A DNA stretch of 61,407 bases, the filler included, from Basidiobolus ranarum (lineage: Eukaryota): assembly GCA_040143965.1 (NCBI GenBank). It is 19 parts of 19 records of this genome, joined end to end, with 100 filler letters (N's around TTAATTAATTAA, not from the genome) between each part and the next. Parts side by side here need not be neighbours in the genome. Positions count along the whole stretch, not along the records: positions 22,712 to 25,850 come from JASJQH010009577.1; positions 25,951 to 29,088 come from JASJQH010009578.1; positions 29,189 to 32,325 come from JASJQH010009579.1; positions 32,426 to 35,561 come from JASJQH010009580.1; 15 more parts are not named here. One strand, 5' to 3'. The first letter of the stretch is position 1; every line of letters starts with the position of its first letter. The notes below the pieces were generated by a model. It saw only the letters and a list, made by a program, of their open reading frames with translations, was not told where the DNA came from and searched no databases. The translations under genes and the position numbers were made by a program. Below, one piece after another: positions 24,006-35,661 of this stretch.

Positions 24006-24854
24006 ATGAGTTTACAAGCTGGCATAATCGAAGATGGCCTTCATGCTTCAACAGTGATCATCAGTGACCTTGGTGCGGTAGACGTAACTGGTGTTGGTAG
24101 GCAATCTGTCTCCGCTTCTGGAAAATATGGAATTAATGGAGGATTTTTTGTACCCGAGGCAAGGCCTGAGAGATTACTTTCCATTGCTTTTTCTAGAGGA
24201 GCTCCGGTCCCCCATGGAGGCCATATGAATGGAGATGAAAAAAGGCCCAAAAAAAGAGGAACCATGATCTGCTATGAAACTTCTAAGGGAGAGTTAAAAG
24301 TTGAAGTGGCGGTTCTTGTGGAATTGTCAGAATTCCAGAAATCCCTGAAAGCAAGAGATCCAAAAGCCAATATAGTGTGGGCTATAGGTGGATATAGTCT
24401 TCATTTAAGGAAGAATGGGACGGATAAGGTCTTTCTGGATTGTCTCAAAAAAGATGAGGAAACTCAAGGCATCACTGGCGTAGACTATGGAAGGTTCACT
24501 CAACGTTCCGCCATTGGGTTTAGAAATGCTGACCGTAAGGTGGTACTAGCAAGCTTTCACTGCTTATCAGTTCTTGAAGTACGAAGAATAATGAAACATG
24601 CTTACCAGTGCGATATAGCTATCATGCTTGATGGTGGTGGCTCCTCGCAGATAGCTGGCAAGAGTTCATCAGACAAAGCTGTGAAGGTCAATTATTCCAA
24701 GGTGGGTAGCTACGAACGGCCTATTTTTTCCATGGTGACTGTGGAAACCAGCGATTGGGTTGATGTAGGACGCCTTATCTCGGATAAAATTCCTATTTCT
24801 GATGATATCATACAAAAAAGAGTGCAAAAGGATAAGTGTGGTGGTAAAAAATGA
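24006..24854 (+). CDS. Phosphodiester glycosidase (NAGPA/DUF2233-like) family protein, 282 aa
   Basis: Family motifs GINGGFF, RSAIG and AIMLDGGGSSQ. Intronless, first ATG at 24006, no obvious signal peptide. Confidence 0.8.
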   Translation: MSLQAGIIEDGLHASTVIISDLGAVDVTGVGRQSVSASGKYGINGGFFVPEARPERLLSIAFSRGAPVPHGGHMNGDEKRPKKRGTMICYETSKGELKVEVAVLVELSEFQKSLKARDPKANIVWAIGGYSLHLRKNGTDKVFLDCLKKDEETQGITGVDYGRFTQRSAIGFRNADRKVVLASFHCLSVLEVRRIMKHAYQCDIAIMLDGGGSSQIAGKSSSDKAVKVNYSKVGSYERPIFSMVTVETSDWVDVGRLISDKIPISDDIIQKRVQKDKCGGKK

Positions 24855-25950
24855 AACATCTACCAACTAGCAATATTCTTAAGAAATTCAATTGAATATA
24901 ATAGCAAGGTTAACTACTACTAAACCGAATAAACCAAAAATTATCCGAGTATATTCTTTCGAGAGAGTGTACTGAGCAACATACTGTCACACAGAGACAT
25001 AATACAAATACGGAATTTATGAACCATATATCTAGATCGTGATGGTTGCAACAAATTAAGTGCTGGCTCTAAACTACTATCAAAAATCTTTCGAATCTTT
25101 ATACAATGACTTACACCCCAAGTTATAGCGTTTATAATCCGGCTTATTACTAGGAATATAACAACAAACTAGGAATACAACAAAAGCACATTGGAAGTCG
25201 TAGTATATCTAATCGAAAAATGATCCAGTTCCCACAATAAAAATTGTTATTTCATATCACACTTTAATTACCAACGTTGTCACGACATTACACATGGTAC
25301 TACGATGGAAGCAGTGGCTTACGATATAGTTTACATCAGTCATGTCCAGCTGGTTTGCAAGAAAGGTTGAAAGCAATTTACTCCATTCTAATATTGTGAG
25401 TACGAATATATGGAGTTCAGCCCATTCAATTAATGAGAAACTATTCAAAGGAGAGGTACGATGCGTTATAGCAATACTTATCCTAGCTCCGATATTAATA
25501 GTTGTATTTAGGACTGTTACATCGTCATAGACGTGAGATATTGGTTTATTGGAGAACACCGACCTAGACTGACTATGGATTTGGAGCCAATACACAAAAT
25601 GCATCTATTGATATCGAGACACAGTGCTTGACTGATTCCGTATATATAATACATGGAAATGCTATCTGATCTGAGCACTATGGTGATTGATGAGCTAACA
25701 GGTATATAGCAATCATGGAAGCTTCCCTAATCTGGATTGTGCAACCCACAGGGTGGGAATCAATCAAATGTTGCATTCGATTGGTCAACCTAATCTTTAG
25801 CAATACCAGTTAGATCTCACAAAGAATCTTTCCCTAAAAATAGTATTTACNNNNNNNNNNNNNNNNNNNNNNNNNNNNNNNNNNNNNNNNNNNNTTAATT
25901 AATTAANNNNNNNNNNNNNNNNNNNNNNNNNNNNNNNNNNNNNNNNNNNN

Positions 25951-28900
25951 CACATGCACATCTACCTAGATCATTCTGGTCACTTAACTGTGGTAACTGC
26001 ATGGTATCTTGACTTTCAGTGGTGTTACCAAACCTTTGAGATAAAGCAAAGCCAATGAACTCAGTGTGCAAAACTAAAGTCAGTTCTGTTCACTTATCAC
26101 TATTGATACTCATCCAGCTTTGTGCAGCTGGCAGCTTTGTACAATGACCATTCTTGTGACTATCCTCTCTGTGAAGCCTCAAACTTTCATAGTAAGAAAA
26201 TTTGTGCAATATACGCAAGACTTCCTTGAACATTTGTATTGCAGCATTACAAAGACATTACCAAAAAAGAACATCCGCTACATAAGAGTGGTATTTTAAG
26301 TATAACACATCAATATCATCAGCTGATTCTGAGATGGTGACACAGATGAGTCATTAGGGGATTTACAAGATATTTCTGGTAATGTATGGCTATTTTGGTT
26401 TGTCATGTGTTGTTTCTAATCTACTTCACTACACAAAGTTTGCTATCTAAATATTACAATGCCATTGAATTAGTATTCATAATTAAAGTCAAAAATGGCT
26501 TCCCAGCAAAAGCCTGCAGATAGGAAAGGAAAGGAAGAAAACCAACAAGAACAAAGGCCTTAATTGATGAGCAGTCTAGTAATCCAAAATCCACTTTGGA
26601 AGGCATCAACATGCTGGAATCTAATGCAAGCAAGAATGAAGCATTAGTCAATTTATCAGAGGTGTTCCTTTCAGGCAATAGTGCAAGTGATGAGAATACA
26701 GTCCCCAAACTACATAGCAAGTGACTAGTTGAGCAAAGTTCAACAGCAACACCATTGAGGCCATTAACTTCCACTGATAAAAACAAAATTATTTTGACCC
26801 AGATTGGATCCACCCTTCTGGATTGCAGTACCATCAGAGAGCCATCACAATATTGGTGGCTTGCATTCTGCCAGGGATTTTGATGATGTGACAGTGTTTT
26901 CTTCATGGCATTTTGATGTTATTCATACATGTTAAAATATTGCCCCTTATATTTAGCATGCATTATTTAATTTCAAGTAATTTTAGCAATATTCTATTTT
27001 TTGAATGGCAAATTATTGGGTTTACTACTATAGGAATTTGAATCAATATGCATACCTTTATTTAGATATTTTAGGCTTTGTATTCCAACCATAATGAGAG
27101 TCAAAATATACAAGAATCTTGTTGTGTTTAGTCTCTGCATATGCACATACTTCACTGATCAGATACAACTCAACAACATCAGTATGCTCTGCCAGCAAAA
27201 TAATGGTGGAAAAATTGCTAAACATCTGAAATTTAGAATAGCACTGACACTTGGCAAATAGCTGACTCATGTGAGCATTCACAAAGAGAATAAGCTCTTG
27301 GATTTGGTCTAATTTTCATACAGTATTCAGCCAAAATATCCCCAACTTGCATTCAACAAATGTCCTACCACAAGTCAATGTGTCATAGCTTGAATAGATT
27401 TCCCCATGGCTAAAACAATAATATTATATATCTTAGTCTATCCCACCAAGAAACCTGTTTTGTAGCTTTCCTACAAGTACCATCAGATTATCACACAAAC
27501 AAATTAGTGCCAATTATAGGGGTACTCACTCTGTGTCCATGCATTTGGTTTTGTTGCTGCTATTGTGCTCAAACAATGCAAAAACCCATGAGCACATCGA
27601 AAAGAACACTTTGTTCGAAGGTTAGTATACTCTGGAGTCTCCTCAACCCATTGCACTACATCTATCATTGATCTTGCTGATACATTGTTAATCAGATTAG
27701 CATACAGTAATACTGACAACTTCATACAGATCATTATTTCCCCACAGGTGCACTCCATAGGGAACTCCTAGAATGTATAGTAAGGGCCTTCAATCTCTAA
27801 GCATTGAGAAAGATGCAGTGGGAATGTATTGAATACTGGCATAGATTCAGTTGATCTTCTTTAAACCTATAATAAAGTTTCCTATATCCATTTACAAAGT
27901 CTTTGCTCAGTAGCTGTATCTGACTGAGTTCTGCAAGTGTGAGTTGATGCCATAAGAATATATTAACAATATCCACAAACAACTCCTAATGTTACCAATA
28001 CTTGTCAGGCAGAAATCTTTTCAAGATTCCATTTGAATATATACAAATGCAATACTTCCATTCTTTGTGGTTGAATAAATGCCTGGACAAATGGATATTG
28101 ATGGGAGTCCGGGTATAATATGATGATATCTTGACATTTTCAAGCATTTCCCCATATCAATTCAAACTTTTCTCATATCTCAAATGGCTCATTCATATTT
28201 AATTATCCACTATATAGCTAAGTAAGTAGTATCGGAATGTTGTTGAATGGTAAGTGCATAGTGCCTAATGGGAAGCTCTGGCTCCAGCTAATCCTCTTCA
28301 GCAATATAATTTTAGGTTTATGGCTTGTTGAAAGTTTGATGTTAGATGGACAATTTGGTGAAGTGATATCAGTGATCATATTGAAATCCATAACAGAAAT
28401 TTGAGGATTGTTATTGTGGGAAAACCATCACAATTTTAATCCATTTTCCTAACAAAAATAAAATCAATTTGATCTGGATCGGATCCACCCTTCAAAAGAG
28501 CAAAACCATCAGAGAACCTTCACAATATTGGTAGCTTGCATTCTGCCAGGTATTTTGATGGTATGATGGCAGTTTCTTGACAGTAATTTGATGGTATTCA
28601 TACATGTTAAAATATTGATCCTCAAATTGGCATGTGTTATTCAATGTCTGGCAATTTTTGCAAAAATTTAATTTCTCAGTGGCAAATTACTGGTTTGACC
28701 ACTGAAGGAATTTGAATTAATATGCATGCCTTTATTTAGATATTTTAGGCTTTGTATTCCAGGCATAATGAGAATCAAAAAATACAAGAAACTTGTTGTG
28801 TTTAGTCTCTGCATGTGCACATACTTGACTGATTAGACATAACTCAACAACATCAATATGCTTTACCAGCAAGCTAATGGTGGAAATATTGCTAAACATC

Positions 28901-29088
28901 TGAAATTTTGAATAGCACTGACACTTGGCAAAAGCTGACTCTGGTTATCATTCACAATCCCTAACAAAAATAAAATTGATTTGATCCGGATTGGATCCAC
29001 CCTCCAAAATAGCAAAACCGTCAGAGAACCATCACAATATTGTTGGCTTGCATTCTGCCAGGGATTTTGATGGTGTGACGGTGGTTTC
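25951..29088. mobile_element. Nested cluster of CACTA copies
   Basis: Transposase remnants on the minus strand (YYRFKEDQLNLCQYSIHS, MECTCG). Termini at about 26772, 28388, 28447 and 28959. Confidence 0.82.
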
Positions 29089-29188
29089 NNNNNNNNNNNN
29101 NNNNNNNNNNNNNNNNNNNNNNNNNNNNNNNNTTAATTAATTAANNNNNNNNNNNNNNNNNNNNNNNNNNNNNNNNNNNNNNNNNNNN

Positions 29189-29584
29189 TCAGACTGAGGT
29201 CTGATCAAGGAATACATGGGGCTTATATAGATATTGCAAGGTGAAACATAATATACTTAATAGGGAATATACTGTGGCAAGTTCAAGAGTTGGGGTGTTA
29301 GGGGCTACAAGGACCAATACAAAGAGGGATGATGTAAGGATGATGTAGGGATGATCAGGTGAACTTCCATGGAAGGTTGTGGTTGAAATACACTATGTTA
29401 GAGATGATATGATTGGTTAGGCTTCATGGAATATTCCAAAGAACATAACTTCCATAAAAGTTAATCTGGACAAACTAACATAAGGTTGCCAAGAAGAGAT
29501 GGCACAGCAGATATGATGTCACAATATAATAGTGGAGGAGTTCTATTTGTAGTGGATCAGTATGCCAAGATCAAAATCATGATA
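29189..29584 (-). repeat. LTR family D inserted in copia gag
   Basis: Homologous to 21030-21422, with a TATATAAG box on the minus strand near 29229. Confidence 0.8.
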
Positions 29585-30617
29585 TTTCTTTTCTTCTTAA
29601 AGTGCTATTTACCTTTTCAGGAAGGTTTCCCATAGCCTATTAAAGCATTTTCTTCATTCTTTTAGTTGGAAACTGATTTGCATAAATCTTCATCCAGAAG
29701 TCTGCCAAATACATAATCCAAGGTCAACTTGTCAGTTCTTGATTCTAGAGCCATTACTAGGCTCTGAAACTTGTGTGGTGAGCTATTCAGGACTGTAACT
29801 ATGATACCTTGATCAGTAATGAGAACTCCAATGCGTGCCATTTCATCTACTCAAATAGTGACTCCATTAATCAGTGACTTAATGTTTTCTCCTGGCTTCA
29901 TCTTTTAGTTAAAGAATTGTCTTACAAACATCTGGTTGGCAGCAGCACTTTTTTGGTTGGTGTTTTCCAAGTGTTTCATAACTTCTTGGCAGTTTTGGCT
30001 CTGAACATTGAATTAGCAATTTGTATTCAAAATTCAGACAAATTGTGTCAAATGCACTTTGTTTTTTTTAACCTAGAGTAAAACTTTGGTTTCAGTTAGT
30101 TTTGCATTATTTTCTTCTCCTACAATAGTGTCCCAAAGTCTTTGTTCTTGCAGCAGCATTTTCATTTTAAGTTTTCAAGCTTGATGATGGTTCAATCCAA
30201 TTTTTCAGAAGAGGGAAAAGTTCCATACATTTGAGAAGTAGACATTACCAACAGTGCAAGCTTGGGGCTTGTAACCTGTTAAAGTATTTGGGATTCTGTC
30301 GGAAGTGGTTTGAAGAATTAGAGGAATTGGTGGTTTTCACTTATCGATTCATTGAGTAGAAAGTTGACATTTATAGTTTTGTCAAGATGTAAACACACTA
30401 ACATGTAGAATGTGTTAAGGAAGGTCCCATGAACATGGGTCTAAAGTTTGGGGCTTCTGGCACAAGTTTGAATATATCTGAGAACTTCTAACTTGGTAAA
30501 AATATTCTCAATAAATTCCAATTGCAAATAATGAATAATATCTTAGTAAATTATAAGATAACTAAGTACTAAGCTATATATGACTATATAGGTGCTTAGG
30601 GAAAGCTAGTTTCAACA
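29585..30617 (-). mobile_element. Copia family A 5' LTR (30277-30617), decayed PBS and gag
   Basis: LTR followed by GGTTACAAGCCC and a gag (KMKMLL-EQRLWDTIVG) homologous to 38615-38796. Confidence 0.85.
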
Positions 30618-30678
30618 AAAACCACCAATTCCTCTAATTCTCCAAACCACGTCCACCAGGCACCCAAATACTTTAACA

Positions 30679-32325
30679 GAAAAGCATGCTCCTATGTAAC
30701 CTTCAACCAAAATTTTGCCTACTGAAGTGCCCAATACAATTCCAGAAGTTGTAATACCTTTTTCCTAAACCATGAGATCAAATTGGATCAGAAATAGCCC
30801 TCACACAGAATTTTGGAGATCTACAATGGCTGATGAGTACCAGGCTTTGATTGATAGTCAAACTTGGACTTTAACCAACTTACCTGATGTTTAAATATCA
30901 ATTGGCTGCCAATGGGTGTTTAAAGTTAAATCCAACTCTGATGGCAATATAGAAAGGTACAAGGCTAGAATAGTAGCCAAAGGCTCTTCCCAAATACCAG
31001 GAATAGATAATACAGAAACTTTTGCTCCTGTAGCAAAGTTTAATTCAAGTAGATTGATTTTAGCAATTTCAGCTAAGTGTCAGTTTATTATACATCAAAT
31101 GGATGTTAAGACTGCTTTCTTTAATGGTGAATTTGCTGAGGAGATCTATATGGACCAGCCAGATGGATATTTAGACCCAGAAAACCCTAAAAAAATTTGC
31201 CAACTTTTGAAAACACTGTATGGCTTAAAACAATCTCTGAGAGCTTGGAATACAAAGATAGACCCTTTTTTGGAAACACTTGTATTCCAAAAGAGTAATG
31301 CTGACTATAGTATCTACCTCAGGCCTGATAAGAAAACCCAGTTTTATTGGCCTTATATCTAGATGACCTTATAATAGCAACCAATGACTTAAAGACTTTG
31401 GAGAAAACCAAATCCAGCTCATCTGCCAAATTCAAAATGACTGCTCTTGGTGAATTGATGTACTATCTTGGAGTCCAAATTAAAATAGATGGGACTACCA
31501 AAACAATAACTTTAAACCAGTCTAAGTATATCCTAGATATACTAAAGAAGTTTAAAATGGAAGAATATAATCCAATATCAACCCCAATGAAGCCAAATCT
31601 CAACTTGACCAAAAATGGCTCAAATCAGAAGTTTTGTGATTCAAATGAAAGCCAAAAATTTCCTTATCAATCTATAGTAGGTACTTTGATGTACGTCATG
31701 GTTGGAACATGGCCAGATAGTGCATATTCTGTGGGAGCTATGTGCCAATATCTTGAAAATTATGGACCTGTTCAAATCATAGCAGTTAAGTAGATTTTCA
31801 GATATTTGAAAGATACTGTGGATCTGTGCTTAAAATACACATATTTGGGATCAGAGATATTAAAGACAGGAGATCTACAGCAGGATACTTATTTCTTTGT
31901 TCTATTGGAGCCATTTCTTGGAATACAAAGAAACAACCTACCATAGCACTTTCAACAACAGAAGCAGAATATATGGCTGCCTGTGAAGCAACAAAAGAAG
32001 CAATATGGTTAAGAAAACTCATAACAGACTTAGGTTATTATCAAAACTTACCAACTACAATATTTCAAAATAATCAAAGTTGAATCAAATTAGCTAAAAG
32101 TCCCATGTTTCATGATGGAGGCAAGCATATAGATATTGGACATCACTTCATTAGAGAGACTATAGAGCATATGTTGATTTACTTACCTTATTGTTCTACA
32201 AAGGAATGATTGCTGATATATTGACCAAACTATTAGCTAGACAGAAATTTGAGAAATTTAGACCTTTATGAGAATTGGTTTATAAAACTATTTAGTTGAG
32301 GGAGAGTGTTGAAATCAGCATTGCC
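30679..32325 (+). mobile_element. Copia family A pol (RT and RNase H), PPT and 3' LTR start
   Basis: YKARIVAKG, HQMDVKTAF, LYGLKQS, YLDDLII, STTEAEY. GAGGGAGAG precedes TGTTGAAAT at 32307. Confidence 0.95.
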
Positions 32326-32425
32326 NNNNNNNNNNNNNNNNNNNNNNNNNNNNNNNNNNNNNNNNNNNNTTAATTAATTAANNNNNNNNNNNNNNNNNNN
32401 NNNNNNNNNNNNNNNNNNNNNNNNN

Positions 32426-32700
32426 ATCAAAGTTGTATTTCTTTAGCTAAAAATCCGAAATTTCATGCTAGGAGTAAGCACATTGACATTCAACATCACT
32501 TTGTTAGGGAAGCTATTGAGAATAAGCACGTCCAACTGGAGTACTGTCCAACTGAGGACATGATTGCTGACATCCTTACCAAACCATTACCAAAACCAAA
32601 ATTTGAAGAATTAAGATTTAAGTTAGGATTAAGATATATGAATATTTAGTTGAGTGGGAGTGTTGAAGTTTATTGTCTTTATCACTCTGTTTAGATTAGT
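32426..32700 (+). mobile_element. Copia RNase H end, PPT and family C-like LTR start
   Basis: FHARSKHIDIQHHFVRE...MIADILTKPL. GAGTGGGAG precedes TGTTGAAGTTTATTG at 32661. Confidence 0.88.
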
Positions 32701-32862
32701 ATTTAAGCTAAATAAAGTCCATACCATAAGGTGCTTATCATCCTCCCTAACAGGGATATCACTAGAACCTCTACTGACGTAACAAATAGACTAGCCTATG
32801 CATACAGTAAAAATCACATTAAGTTCAGACCCACCAGCAGTCAATATTTTGGTTCATGTCCA

Positions 32863-33114
32863 TTATTTGCACATGGACAAACAGTCATTCTGACTCTTTT
32901 CATTGGATTTCATGGCTCTTTCAGGATCTTGAGTGCATCTTGCTCTACAACCAATATCTCCACAGTATCTGAAGCAAGAATTATAGGTATCCAAAGATTT
33001 ATTGGTACTTCTAAAATATTTGCTAATGCATTGGGAGACACAGCTAGAAGCGTTGGTAGAAGAACCCATCAAGCATAGAGCCAAAAGCAACACAGAAATG
33101 GGTTTTTGAATCAT
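32863..33114 (-). CDS. Small secreted Cys-rich protein (83 aa, four CxxxC motifs)
   Basis: Signal peptide MIQKPISVLLLALCLMGSSTNA; CVSQC, CFRYC, CRARC, CLSMC; TATATATA about 60 nt upstream. Confidence 0.75.
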   Translation of the reverse strand: MIQKPISVLLLALCLMGSSTNASSCVSQCISKYFRSTNKSLDTYNSCFRYCGDIGCRARCTQDPERAMKSNEKSQNDCLSMCK

Positions 33115-34109
33115 TGTAATGGTGGTACAGTAGAGAGTGAAGAGATGGACTTATTAGACTCCACTAAAGACAGATATATATACGTAGGCCCAATCCTAAA
33201 AGCTGTAGTGCCCAACATTAGTGTTACCCAGATATCTAGAAATATTGTATGATTTCAGACTAACTTCTAAAAATGATAATTGCTCATTTTAAGATTCAAT
33301 CGGAATATATAAGATATTGTATAGAAATAGATTTAAATTTGCCTTGTACCCGTACAGAAAGTCTGAATCGGAAGTCTACAGCTCCCTTGATCAAGCTGTA
33401 CTCAAGATCACTGTAATACTCATCGTACAGTAATTCAGAACTTATCTATTCTATACAATGATCCTACAAAGAGAAGATCCCTTAGAATAGATTTGGTTCT
33501 ACTATGTGTGAACAATGGTTCTTCACTGTGATTCTTAACTGATGCCACAATGAGTTAAACATGTGCAAACCTTTGAAGTTACATCAAGCTCGTAGGATTG
33601 CATGAAGGTCTGTGAGTTTGTAGTGCCTGCTACAAATCACTTATTCTAATTGAGATTTTTACTTCCATCTTCAAATAACAAACGGAAGTGAAAGAAATTT
33701 TGCCACACATTTCCAGAAGGGCGTCATTGAGTTGGGGCGAAAAGAGACCTAGTTCCTTAGTTACTACAAATCATATATGAATTCGACACATACTCAATAT
33801 CGTAGCTATTGACAACAAAGTAAAGCTGAGAGCATCAAGAGGTAAAATTTGTCAGTGATGGGGAATATACCTGCAACAACCCTCGCCACGTTTTTGAATT
33901 CACTATGGGTCAGCTTAGGTGCTTCGCTTGTAAGCATTTCCCGGATTTTAAATATATTATTTTTACAAGAGAGAAAGAGATCAACGGTAAAAAAGTATAG
34001 GGAAAGTAGAGTCATGCTGATTTCAACCGAATTGTGCTGACTTTGGATGGTACCTGTAAGGGTTATTATCGAGATTGTCAGGTTACTTTATATTACTTTT
34101 TCGTCCAGG

Positions 34110-34295
34110 ACAAAACAGAAAGTTTCTAAGGAAGAGTACGATAAGAAGCAAAAAGAGTTGGAAGGTGTTGCCAATCCTATTATGGCTAATATGTGCCAGG
34201 CTACTGGTGAGGCCCCCGGTGGTTTCCCAGGAGCTGCTCTAGGAGGATTCACTGGTAGTGACAACAGTGAACCAACTGTTGAAGAGTTAGATTAA
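34110..34295 (+). pseudogene. Orphan C-terminal fragment of cytosolic Hsp70
   Basis: SKEEYDKKQKELEGVANPIM...GGFPG...EPTVEELD*. No ATPase or substrate-binding exons are recognisable in the 1 kb upstream. Confidence 0.75.
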
Positions 34296-34738
34296 GTGTA
34301 ATTTCATTCCATATGTATTTCAGCATGTACAATATTTACAAAAGTATACCCAATTCTAATTTATACCAAGCATATCTTGGATTTCAATAATAAATATTAC
34401 GCTTCGACATAAGCAAGAAACTTTTCTTAAAATGACAGCCTATCTATATAAAATAGACTACTTTTAGAAAGAGAAATCACATTTGAATGAAAGGATAGAT
34501 TTTGGTTAACTTTGAGATGCAAATCATCTTGACTTGTTATACTATCTTACAAGTTCACATGTTCTGCAAGCTATCAAATCTACATCCTTTACATATTATA
34601 GTCGTAACTCTTGTACAATTTCGCTCTTCCACATAATACAGGAATTTGCTCAAAATCACTAATATTACCTCAAATGATCTATATGTTAGCACTTACTGAC
34701 AGACTAATCAACTAGAAGATATTTCGACAAGTCACTGC

Positions 34739-34812
34739 ATTTCATTCCAACCCTATAGAGGATTTGACCTGTATTTCATTCCAACCCTATAGAGGATTTG
34801 ACCTGTATTTCA
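34739..34812 (+). repeat. Perfect 34-bp tandem duplication
   Basis: ATTTCATTCCAACCCTATAGAGGATTTGACCTGT twice, plus ATTTCA. Confidence 0.95.
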
Positions 34813-35204
34813 ATATTATCATATTTTTATTTCAGGCAACTACTCAAATCCATTTTACCCTTTTGGATAACATTTTCGGATCATGCAAACAGGAACAATA
34901 AATTATCATATGTTTATAATTATACCCGTCATATTGAACATTGCTCAAAAACTATTCTAGCCCATCTATACTTGGCCCAAGACTTCAATCACTTTATGTG
35001 ATTTCCAATGCTGTTCATCGATGAAAGGACATTGTTGAACATGGTACATTTTTACAAGTAAATAAAACCCAAATGAAAAACTTGCTTCTTTAATAACTCA
35101 GGGAGCTCCTCTGTAACTCTTTTCCAACCGTTCTCTACCATTACCGATATTGATTATTATCTTTAATGCTATAATATTGAAAACGAGATATAATGAAAAA
35201 GTAA

Positions 35205-35276
35205 GGGCTCAACCGGGAATTGAACCCGGGACCTCCACGACCCGAACGAGGAATCATACGACTAGACCATTGAGCC
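35205..35276 (-). tRNA. tRNA-Pro: tRNA-Pro(CGG), atypical or pseudo
   Basis: GGCTCAA TGGTCTAGTCGTATGATT CCTCG TT CGG GT CGTGG AGGTC CCGGG TTCAATT CCCGG TTGAGCC C. Acceptor stem and T arm pair perfectly, and a TTTTT Pol III terminator follows. Confidence 0.85.
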
Positions 35277-35661
35277 CTGATTTGTTGATGCTGACTTTGA
35301 GCATGGTCATTATTATCTCGAGATCTGGTAAACTTTGCGGTTTTTATTCTTATACTGGAGAGTAAGAATTCTGTCTCAATATTGAAAACATACTATTTAT
35401 TCAGAAATCAATCTTTAAATAGGTTTGTATTTTAGTTGAGCTTATTTTAAAATCATCTACATCAGAAAACATCACAAATGTGGTATAAATATAACAAGTT
35501 AAAGTCACTATTTGTCGCAGTCCTGATCTCCGTTACCACCACCATTTTCACCCTTTCCAGCNNNNNNNNNNNNNNNNNNNNNNNNNNNNNNNNNNNNNNN
35601 NNNNNTTAATTAATTAANNNNNNNNNNNNNNNNNNNNNNNNNNNNNNNNNNNNNNNNNNNN

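Noticed and set aside
34739-34812. 34-bp direct repeat as a mini CRISPR
   Set aside because: Two adjacent copies with no spacer, no cas genes, and a eukaryotic context.
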